This document shows, in pieces, positions 8,006 to 15,301 of a DNA stretch of 15,301 nt (the stretch's first letter is position 1; each line of letters opens with the position of its first letter). Both the position numbers and the translations under genes were made by a program. Source of the stretch: Oligoflexales bacterium. GTDB taxonomy: Bacteria > Bdellovibrionota_B > Oligoflexia > Oligoflexales > CAIYRB01. The notes under the pieces are model-generated. The model was not told the origin of the DNA and did not search any database. It was given only the letters and a program-made list of their open reading frames with translations. The stretch is from positions 1 through 15,301 of the forward strand of contig JBGSUI010000138.1 of the NCBI GenBank assembly GCA_041736175.1, written 5' to 3'.

Positions 8006-9178
8006 ATGGCCCGTTTAGTGCATATGAGTCTAAGCTTTGGTTTGGTGGCCGTACTTTTAAACGGGTGTGGTGCCCGCTCAAATATATTTGGCTTTTTTTT
8101 ACCTCCTGTGGACAAAGACTCTTTTGGCTACCAATTCGACCAAGCCCAGGCTGCCTTTGATGATGGGCGACTTGATGCTGCTTTGAAGTTTGCAGAAGTT
8201 GCTTTACGGTTAGATCGTGAGTCTGAAGCAGCCAACATTCTCTATGGCTTTATCAATCTATCGTTAGCAGGTGCCGATCCCTTTCACCTCGCGAAATCGA
8301 TTGTGGGCAAAGGGGCCTCTGGTGCAAAGAAAATGTCTCATTTTCTAGAAGACCAGCCGACGGACACCCTATCGCAATTGAAAGATGCGGTAGGTATCAC
8401 CACATCCGAGTTGTTAAGCATGTCGACTTTTGACCAGGAAGTCATCGACCTGCCCCTTCTTATTCCCAACTGCGTCGAAACGGTCCGGCAAGAATCCCAG
8501 AGGATGAAACTGCTAGAAAATGCAGTCTTGGCGGCCTGTCCCTTTGTGGATGAGGATGTTCGTGTGTCAGAAGACTACCGGCAGGCTTGTGTACCCACTT
8601 CTTTGCCCCGTCAGAAAACAAACGAAGCTCATTTTCTATGGGCGTTTGGACATCTTACCGAAGCTTTGGCCTTTAATGCAATTCTCACCTATCGTGGGGA
8701 AAGATCATCTGAAGAACCGACTAACCTTGAACTAAGACTGGCGCGCGTTAAGGAAAAGGGACAAGATAATTTGAATGAGTTTATTGAAGCGGTTTCAAAA
8801 CTCCAAAAAGTCATCGACAAGATTTTACCCGTTGAGGGCAACTGTGGACCAGGGACCCCAACATCCCAGCTGAGAGCAACTTTGACGGATCTTATGGCGG
8901 TAGAAAGAGCCTTTGGACGTTTGCCCCATGTGCCGCCCCAAATGCTGATTCCCCTTAAAAAGGGCCTTGAAGGTGTCACCCAGGCGGGTGCTTCAGCTTC
9001 AGCTTTACGAGGTGGTTTCACTAAGAAGATTTCAGAGGATCTGGCTGCAAAGATCGATCAGATCTCCAGTCAAAAAAAATTAAGCGATGAGGAAAAAAAG
9101 AAATTATGTGCCAATGCAGCAGCTATATCTGTTGGAAATCAGGTAGTCCCTGAAACCTGCAAAAATCCCGTCCCTTGA
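8006..9178 (+). CDS. Predicted lipoprotein with an N-terminal TPR-like helical pair; function unknown
   Basis: Signal peptide ending in lipobox LNGC; AQAAFDDGRLDAALKFAEVALRLD resembles a TPR; six further Cys. Confidence 0.75.
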   Translation: MARLVHMSLSFGLVAVLLNGCGARSNIFGFFLPPVDKDSFGYQFDQAQAAFDDGRLDAALKFAEVALRLDRESEAANILYGFINLSLAGADPFHLAKSIVGKGASGAKKMSHFLEDQPTDTLSQLKDAVGITTSELLSMSTFDQEVIDLPLLIPNCVETVRQESQRMKLLENAVLAACPFVDEDVRVSEDYRQACVPTSLPRQKTNEAHFLWAFGHLTEALAFNAILTYRGERSSEEPTNLELRLARVKEKGQDNLNEFIEAVSKLQKVIDKILPVEGNCGPGTPTSQLRATLTDLMAVERAFGRLPHVPPQMLIPLKKGLEGVTQAGASASALRGGFTKKISEDLAAKIDQISSQKKLSDEEKKKLCANAAAISVGNQVVPETCKNPVP

Positions 9179-9202
9179 CAAGGTACGCCAACCCATTACT
9201 AT
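9175..9202 (+). promoter_or_regulatory. Sigma70-type promoter for the ABC operon
   Basis: TTGACA (9175-9180), 16-bp spacer, TACTAT (9197-9202), then GAGG SD before ATG 9244. Confidence 0.6.
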
Positions 9203-9243
9203 CTTGTAGGTATCCCTCGCAGAATCACTAAAGAGGTTTCGAT

Positions 9244-10167
9244 ATGATAGAGGTGAGTGAACTCAGTAAATCCTATGGCCAAGTTCAAGCGTTAAAAAAT
9301 GTTTCATTTAACGTTGAAAGCGGCCAGATTGTTGGATTTTTAGGTGCTAACGGAGCGGGCAAAACCACGACCATGGATATCATGTGCGGCTGCATCGGTG
9401 CTGATACAGGAGTGGTTAAGATTGCGGGTTTTGACATCACTGAAGAACCTCTAGAAGCAAAAAAGTCTCTTGGTTACCTCCCCGATTCCCCGCCGCTTCA
9501 CGGGGAGATGCGGGTCAAGGATTTTGTGTCCTATGCGGCACTCCTGCACAAGGTGCCGAAGAAGCAGTTAAAACAAAAGGTGGACTATGCGCTGGAAAAG
9601 CTTTCCCTGACAGAAGTGAGAGACCGCCTGGTGGGAAACCTGTCTAAAGGCTACCGCCAAAGAGTCGCCTTGGCCCAAGCCATCGTCCATGACCCCAAGG
9701 TTCTTATCCTTGACGAACCTACAGAGGGACTCGATCCTAATCAAATTGCACATATTAGAGAATTGATCAGATCCCTCGCCGGTCAACATACGATTGTCTT
9801 AAGCTCTCACATCCTTTCAGAGGTTCAAAACACCTGTGATCGTATTATCATCATTCACAATGGAACCGTCGTCCAGCAGGGGACCTACCAGGAACTCGTC
9901 CATGCCATGGAGTCAGGGACGCGGTATCGACTACGGGTTTCTCGGGGATCTGACCAGATTCTTCCTATGCTTAAAACCCTTGAAGGAGTCCAGAATCCAT
10001 CCCTAGGAGCTGATCCTTTAGCAATTGAGTTTGGTCTTAGCGCGCAAGCAAAACCCGATTTGCTCGACGATGTGATCAAACTTGCCCTGAATCAAGGCTG
10101 TGGTATCAGGGAGCTCACGGAAAAAACCAAATCCCTTGAAGAAGTTTTTTTCAAACTAACTCACTAA
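9244..10167 (+). CDS. ABC transporter ATP-binding protein, GldA-like
   Basis: Walker A GANGAGKTT, signature LSKGYRQR (typical of GldA-like proteins), Walker B LILDEPT, and H-loop SSH. Confidence 0.93.
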   Translation: MIEVSELSKSYGQVQALKNVSFNVESGQIVGFLGANGAGKTTTMDIMCGCIGADTGVVKIAGFDITEEPLEAKKSLGYLPDSPPLHGEMRVKDFVSYAALLHKVPKKQLKQKVDYALEKLSLTEVRDRLVGNLSKGYRQRVALAQAIVHDPKVLILDEPTEGLDPNQIAHIRELIRSLAGQHTIVLSSHILSEVQNTCDRIIIIHNGTVVQQGTYQELVHAMESGTRYRLRVSRGSDQILPMLKTLEGVQNPSLGADPLAIEFGLSAQAKPDLLDDVIKLALNQGCGIRELTEKTKSLEEVFFKLTH

Positions 10168-10187
10168 AGACTCAAGGAGCGACTGAT

Positions 10188-10952
10188 ATGAGTGCTGTCT
10201 TCACAATTGCTTTCAGAGATTTAAAGGGATATTTTGCTTCACCAAAAGGTGCAGCCATCTTTTTCTTTTTCTTGCTGCTGATGGGCTTTTTTTTCAATAG
10301 CTTTATCTCCACTTTTTTAGAAATGACCCAAAGAGCCCCCATGTTTGGCGGTGAAGTTCCGACCCTAGAGACTTTAGTGCGTGCTCTCTTCTACAATCTT
10401 TCATTCATTTTGATTTTGGTCATCCCCGCGGTAACGATGTCGAGTTTTTCCGAAGAAAGGCGCAATCAAACCCTGCGCCTGCTGTTGAAATCACCTGTGA
10501 CGGCATCACAGATCGTTTTTGGCAAATTTTTTTCCTCGATATTTATCCTTGGGTTGGTGCTCCTATGTTCGGCAGTGTATCCAGGATATATGTTAGCCTT
10601 TGGCAATCCTGATCTCTCTGTGATCTTGACGAGCTATCTGGGGATCTTTCTATTGATGAGTGCCCAAGTAGCTTTTGGTCTTTGGGTTTCCTCCATGACA
10701 ACCAATCAGTTTATGGCATTTCTCTTCACCATGTTTGGCCTGTTCCTGTTGCTTATCCTCAACTGGATCGCCCCCAATCTAGGCGGGGGAAGCTGGCTGG
10801 AGTCGTTCTTTAAATACATTGCATCGACGGATCATTTAGAGGCTTTCCTAAAAGGGCTGCTCACAGTGGCCGATGTGACTTATTTTTTATGTTTTATCGC
10901 TTTGTTTTTGTTTTTTACAAATATTGTCATTGATAGTGCACGGTGGAGGTGA
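10188..10952 (+). CDS. ABC-2 type permease, GldF-like
   Basis: About six TM segments, RDLKGYFASP, TMSSFSEERRNQTLRLL, IVFGKF, and a C-terminal RWR. Confidence 0.88.
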   Translation: MSAVFTIAFRDLKGYFASPKGAAIFFFFLLLMGFFFNSFISTFLEMTQRAPMFGGEVPTLETLVRALFYNLSFILILVIPAVTMSSFSEERRNQTLRLLLKSPVTASQIVFGKFFSSIFILGLVLLCSAVYPGYMLAFGNPDLSVILTSYLGIFLLMSAQVAFGLWVSSMTTNQFMAFLFTMFGLFLLLILNWIAPNLGGGSWLESFFKYIASTDHLEAFLKGLLTVADVTYFLCFIALFLFFTNIVIDSARWR

Positions 10953-10955
10953 GTT

Positions 10956-12581
10956 TTGAAACCAGGTCTATTGATTTTACCGTTTGTCGCAGTGTTATTT
11001 GCTGCATTAGGTTTGGCAGTGGGCTCGTCCTTTGCTGAGATTAAATGGGTTTCTACGGCAGGAGTGCTTTTTGGTCTAGGGATCCTCATCCTATGGGCGA
11101 CTCTCGACGCCCAGGGCTTTATCTCCCTTTTTCGGAGAAAAGGAGCCAAATATGGGGCGTCCTCAGGTGCCATTGTGGCCTTGGGACTCGCTGTCATAGT
11201 CGGAGTCGCTGTTTTATCAACCAGGACCAGGTTTAATAAATCCGTGGACCTCTCTAGAGACCGGCTCAATACTCTGTCGGAGCAGTCCTTGCAGCTCGCC
11301 AAAACCGTCGGAGAACAACCAGAAAAAATCAAGATGCTGGTTTTTATCACGGACGACAAGGTGATGACGGACTTTAAGGATCTTATTTACCTCTATCAAG
11401 CATCGGGTGCTGATTTTCAGGTTGAATATATCGACCCAAAAACCAATCCACAGCGAGCCCTTGCCGAAAAAATCATGGACGGCAACACAGTGATCGTAAG
11501 AAAGGGAGCCCAAGAAAAGCGGCTCACGAGTTTTACGGAAGAAAAGGTGACTAATTCTCTTATCAACGTCATGAAGGATAAGGTTAAAAAAATCTACTTT
11601 ACCAAAGGACATGGTGAGAGCCAGATAAAGAATACGGAAGCTAAAGGCCTCTCCACTCTGGCGACAAGTTTAGAAAATGACAAGTATCAATTGGAAGAAT
11701 TAAGCCTTCTGGAAGCTGCCAAAATTCCTGAGGATGCCGATGGAATCATCGTTGCCGGGCCTACCTATGATTTTAAAGAAGAGGAAACCCGCATTTTGGA
11801 GCGCTACCTAAGCGGTGGCGGCTCAATGTTCCTCTCAGTGCCTGCTGCAGTTCATCTGCCAAATCTTGCTAAATTTGCGGAGAGATTTGGTATAAAGATC
11901 AACGACGATCTTTTGATGTTACCTCAGGAACTGACATCTTTGCAGGGGTTTCCGCCTTTTGCGGTGGCCTTAGCCGAATTTGACTCGTTAAACCCCATTA
12001 CCAAAGATTTTGCGCGCCAATCCTCCGTGGTCGTCTATGCCATGTTAGCCAGATCCCTTGAGGCTGTCCCTGATAATCCATCGAAACTCAAAACTTCGTT
12101 AGTCGCAAAAACATTACGAAGCACACTTAAAATCCCTGGGATTAAGCAGCCCCAAGACATCCAAGAAGGCAGTCTCCAAAAGGCGACGGAAGGGGGTGGT
12201 TTGGCTTCCCTTGCGGTATCAGCTGGCAAAACAACCCATCCAGAAATGGCTGCTAACGAAGGAAAAAAGGACTCGTTGACGGACGCAAATAAAGCAGAGC
12301 CTGCCAAACAAAGGGAGACGCGCTTTGTGGTTGCTGGGGCAAACCTTGCAGAAAACGGCTTAGCCCAATATGCTGAAAACCGGGACCTTATCATGAACGT
12401 GGTCAGTTACCTGGTACAAGATGACGGGTTTATCGCTATTCGTCCTAAAGACCCCACCAAAAGCACGATCCAGGTTTCGACAGGAAGCGCACTGTTAGCC
12501 CTTTACTCGATTGTTTGGTTGTATCCCTTTTTATTTTTAGGGGGAGGAACCCTGGTCTGGCTTAAAAGGAGGCGCGCATGA
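10956..12581 (+). CDS. GldG-like ABC transporter auxiliary component
   Basis: TTG start with GGAGG SD; three N-terminal TMs; DLSRDRLNTLS, KIYFTKGHGE, IIVAGP and NRDLIMNVVSYL motifs; C-terminal TM plus KRRR. Confidence 0.85.
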   Translation: MKPGLLILPFVAVLFAALGLAVGSSFAEIKWVSTAGVLFGLGILILWATLDAQGFISLFRRKGAKYGASSGAIVALGLAVIVGVAVLSTRTRFNKSVDLSRDRLNTLSEQSLQLAKTVGEQPEKIKMLVFITDDKVMTDFKDLIYLYQASGADFQVEYIDPKTNPQRALAEKIMDGNTVIVRKGAQEKRLTSFTEEKVTNSLINVMKDKVKKIYFTKGHGESQIKNTEAKGLSTLATSLENDKYQLEELSLLEAAKIPEDADGIIVAGPTYDFKEEETRILERYLSGGGSMFLSVPAAVHLPNLAKFAERFGIKINDDLLMLPQELTSLQGFPPFAVALAEFDSLNPITKDFARQSSVVVYAMLARSLEAVPDNPSKLKTSLVAKTLRSTLKIPGIKQPQDIQEGSLQKATEGGGLASLAVSAGKTTHPEMAANEGKKDSLTDANKAEPAKQRETRFVVAGANLAENGLAQYAENRDLIMNVVSYLVQDDGFIAIRPKDPTKSTIQVSTGSALLALYSIVWLYPFLFLGGGTLVWLKRRRA

Positions 12582-14167
12582 AAAAGTGGCCTACTATAAT
12601 CATTTTGGCGAGCGTACTCCTTATCTTGGGGGGTCTGGCGACCTGGGATGAGTGGCAAACAAAAAAAGATGCAGAAGCCGAAAAGACTAAAAATCGTATC
12701 ACCGAGATTAAACTGGATCAGATTCAGGCGATTTCCTATGAGAGTAAAAAGTCAGAAGAGAGTCCCGCCCAGCCAGAGGGCACTAAAAATCCAAGCGTTC
12801 AAGAGGCGGTTCGCCTCCAGATGGCACGGGTTGAGGGATCTTGGCGGATTCAAAGCCCTGTCACGACAGGTGGGGACCAGGCGGCCATTGAATCTTTGGT
12901 CCAAGCGGTCCTAGAATACGCCTCTGCGGAGGAGGTTGGACAGCATGAAGCAGAATGGCAGAAATTTGGCGTCAAAGACCCCCAGCGAACAATAACCTTT
13001 CAATATAAAGATTCCAAAACTTCAGAACTCAAGAGCTGGACTCTTTATATAGGTGACAAAGTACCAGTTGGTTACAGCGTTTACTTTAGGACCTCTTCTA
13101 GCGAAAAAGTCTTTATGGGTGGCCAGCATATCTTGCTTTCAACAGTCAAAACGATGTTCGACTTGCGAGATAAGAGAGTCTCTCAAATCAATCTTGAGAG
13201 CGTCACAAGCTTCAAGTATCTGGTGGACAACCAGGAGGCTGTGGAGCTCTCTAAAAAAGATGCCAATTGGACCTTTATTAAACCTATGGGGTGGGAGCTT
13301 GACCCCATGGATGTCAAAGATTACCTAGGATCGATCAACGAACTTAAAGCTGCTGGATTTGCAGATGCGGTGAGCCCAGACCTCGCCAAGGGTTTTGACA
13401 AACCGTCCTTCGAATTGCGCTGGGGCGGCGATAAGCAGCCGGCTGCTAGTCTCAAGTTTTTGGAAGCCGGTGGAAAGCACTGGGTTAAAAACGATGCCAA
13501 TGTCGTCATGGAGCTTGCCGATAGCGAATATAAAAAGATGTTTAGAAAACCCGAAGACTTTCGGCTGAAACGGATTTTTGGTAACACGGCATTAGATTTG
13601 GTTAAGATCGATATCGATGGTGACAAATACCAGCGTCGGGGAGCCCTTTGGTACAAACAGTCGGACGCCGACCGTCTGGATCAAGAGGGAAAGCTAAAAC
13701 CCGACGAAAAAGGTGAAGCGCCCAGAGATATAGGCCATATAGGGACTTTTGCGGTCGACTTAGAATTCCTAAAAACCGACCGCTTTTTAGCCGCGAGTGA
13801 TGTCAGTGTTGCTTCCTACCTAACAAAGCCACCCCAACACACGATCCAGCTGGAGTTTAAAGATACGACTCAAAAGGCTCCCTTGAAAGTTGAGCTCTTT
13901 GAGGCCGAAGACAAAAATCACTTTTATGTAAAACGGACTGGAAGTGACACGATTTATAGGATTACCAAAAGTGCCGTTGCCAATATGAGTGCGAGTACCA
14001 AGAACGAAGCGACTCCCCAAGAGGAAGATGAAGGTCTTTTCCACGACAAAAACGGCGAAGATCTCCCACTTCCATCAGAGGATCCCAAAGATATCGACGA
14101 AGAAATAAAATCCCAAGGAGCCCATTCGGGGATTAGGGGAGCTCACACTTGCTCGACGGCGGTTTAA
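12578..14167 (+). CDS. DUF4340-like membrane-anchored periplasmic protein with an acidic C-terminal tail
   Basis: ATGA overlap with the GldG-like gene; N-terminal TM; repeated units (W-x-I-x-x-P...D, FGVKDP, LYIGD...Y, DLRDK/DFRLK); typical position after GldG-like genes. Confidence 0.75.
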   Translation: MKKWPTIIILASVLLILGGLATWDEWQTKKDAEAEKTKNRITEIKLDQIQAISYESKKSEESPAQPEGTKNPSVQEAVRLQMARVEGSWRIQSPVTTGGDQAAIESLVQAVLEYASAEEVGQHEAEWQKFGVKDPQRTITFQYKDSKTSELKSWTLYIGDKVPVGYSVYFRTSSSEKVFMGGQHILLSTVKTMFDLRDKRVSQINLESVTSFKYLVDNQEAVELSKKDANWTFIKPMGWELDPMDVKDYLGSINELKAAGFADAVSPDLAKGFDKPSFELRWGGDKQPAASLKFLEAGGKHWVKNDANVVMELADSEYKKMFRKPEDFRLKRIFGNTALDLVKIDIDGDKYQRRGALWYKQSDADRLDQEGKLKPDEKGEAPRDIGHIGTFAVDLEFLKTDRFLAASDVSVASYLTKPPQHTIQLEFKDTTQKAPLKVELFEAEDKNHFYVKRTGSDTIYRITKSAVANMSASTKNEATPQEEDEGLFHDKNGEDLPLPSEDPKDIDEEIKSQGAHSGIRGAHTCSTAV

Positions 14168-14527
14168 ACAATTTCGTCTCAGACTTTTAATTTGACGATG
14201 TACCAGCAAAGGAGTTTCTTATATCGCTTTTAAAGCCAAATTTTGAGGAGGGCTTTTTAACTGCACCAACAAGACACTTGAGTTTTTCTCAATCTTCTTC
14301 TTGCCGTGGCGTTGGACAAAATCGGTACATGCCGCGGTAGCTATTTCCTCCAGCAAAAAGAATGACGGTCGAAATTTAAAGCTTTCACCAGATTGAAGCT
14401 ACCAATATTCAGTTGTTTTTCAAGGTCATCCGACATATGAGACATGACACCAAATGTCCGGAAGACTCTCTGGTCGCACCACTTACCACGTCGGAGGTCA
14501 GCGAAGGTAGCATTGGCTTTCTTGCCG

Positions 14528-15166
14528 TTAGCCTTGTTGACAACACAATATTTCGGTGACGCGGTCGCAGCGGGGGTGCTCCGAATCGTCTCGGCGCTTG
14601 CCGGTCCGACACGTGGAGGCTCCCGGAATAGCTTCCGTCTTAATACCTCGCACGAATTTCTTGGAGCCGCAATCGGAAATCCTTATATTCCTATCGGGGT
14701 ACACGGTTACCAATTGGTCCCATGTGCAATTCTCGGTTTTGCGCGGCGCTGCTTCACGAACACAGAGAAGAGACTTCACACCTTGGCCCATGCCATGGAC
14801 AAATGAGACGCCGGCTGTATACCAGCCGTGCCCGCAGTCGAAAGGATTGCTAAAATTGGTAGCGACGAGCTCGAGCCACTTCCAGTCTTGGTCACGCCCC
14901 TCACAGGTCAACTTGGGAGTCGGGATGGCACCCCTGCATCTCGCCGCTATATAGCTTTCTCCGTTCCCACTATTCGTCTGCCCAATGCCGTTGACGGGCA
15001 CTCCTGCCCGGCAAGAGAGCTTGGTGCGACCGTAAGACCAATCTTTGCAAGATTTAGCAACGTCCGAGAGCGCGTTGTCATTGTCCTTGCCGTCATTGGT
15101 GCCCGAGTAATCGACCTGGATGTCATCAGGACCGACGTCATAGGGCTGGGGTGTCCGTGGCCTACT
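14528..15166 (-). pseudogene. 5'-truncated gene for a Cys-rich, probably extracellular repeat protein (212-aa remnant), cut by the IS
   Basis: The frame of ORF 14528..15001 stays open upstream to the IS junction (SRPRTPQPYDVGPDDIQVDYSGTNDGKDNDNALSDVAKSCKDWSYGRTKLSCRAGVPVNG...) with no ATG. The first upstream in-frame stop (15175-15173) is inside the terminal repeat. Confidence 0.65.
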
Positions 15167-15167
15167 A

Positions 15168-15219
15168 TAGGTCTACGCACATGAAAAGATAGATTTTAGT
15201 TTTTTCCGTGGTATAATGA
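15168..15219. repeat. Terminal inverted repeat, copy 2
   Basis: 50/52 identical to the reverse complement of 87-138; preceded by TA at 15166-15167. Confidence 0.95.
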
Positions 15220-15225
15220 AAGTTT

Positions 15226-15300
15226 TTATTCAATCTCATCAATTTTAGACTCATTTTCCCAAAATTCGTCCTCTATCTCTCTGATTTTTTTAACTAATTT
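15226..15300 (-). CDS. Putative transposase C-terminus (partial): ...KLVKKIREIEDEFWENESKIDEIE*
   Basis: Frame open from the window edge to TAA at 15228-15226, just before the terminal repeat; acidic helical end. Confidence 0.6.
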   Translation of the reverse strand, partial: KLVKKIREIEDEFWENESKIDEIE

Positions 15301-15301
15301 C

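Larger units (their letters stand above)
15168..15301 (-). mobile_element. Right (3') end of the same insertion sequence type; partial
   Basis: Terminal repeat plus an ORF stop codon 6 bp from the inner edge of the repeat; abrupt switch from GC-rich to AT-rich sequence at the junction. Confidence 0.75.

Noticed and set aside
7286..14044. Small overlapping ORFs within trpS, the lipoprotein and the ABC operon
   Set aside because: Shadow ORFs without independent support.
14117..14147. GAH...GAH mini-duplication at the end of the DUF4340-like gene as a recombination junction
   Set aside because: Too short and imperfect to distinguish from chance.
14409..15184. ORFs 14409..14612, 14444..14806, 14556..14954, 14828..15184 and 14947..15180
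   Set aside because: Alternative frames of the GC-rich Cys-repeat gene. The last two start or end inside the IS terminal repeat and have no protein-like pattern.
87..15219. Reading the inverted repeats as a recombinase-driven invertible segment, or as CRISPR repeats
   Set aside because: There are only two copies, no spacer array and no recombinase or cas gene in the window. The ORF start and ORF end beyond the repeats and the TA flanks fit IS ends better.

Overview
A bacterial chromosomal-type segment; the pilB-pilT-pilC order and the Gld-like ABC/DUF4340 block suggest a delta-proteobacterial or Bdellovibrionota-like host (inference). The minus strand carries an ihfA-like gene, a PduO-type cobalamin adenosyltransferase, two hypothetical genes and the type IV pilus motor genes pilB-pilT-pilC. 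The plus strand carries trpS, a Cys-containing lipoprotein and a GldA/GldF/GldG-like ABC transporter with a DUF4340-like protein. The ORF track misses the main structure: both window ends carry the same 52-bp sequence in inverted orientation (87-138 and 15168-15219, 2 mismatches), each abutting a TA. The left copy precedes the start of a minus-strand ORF running off the window. The right copy follows the end of a minus-strand ORF entering the window. I read these as the two ends of one IS type (IS630-like is my best guess) flanking the whole 15 kb in direct orientation. The left end sits just past the pilC stop codon, and the right end truncates a GC-richer, Cys-rich repeat gene.
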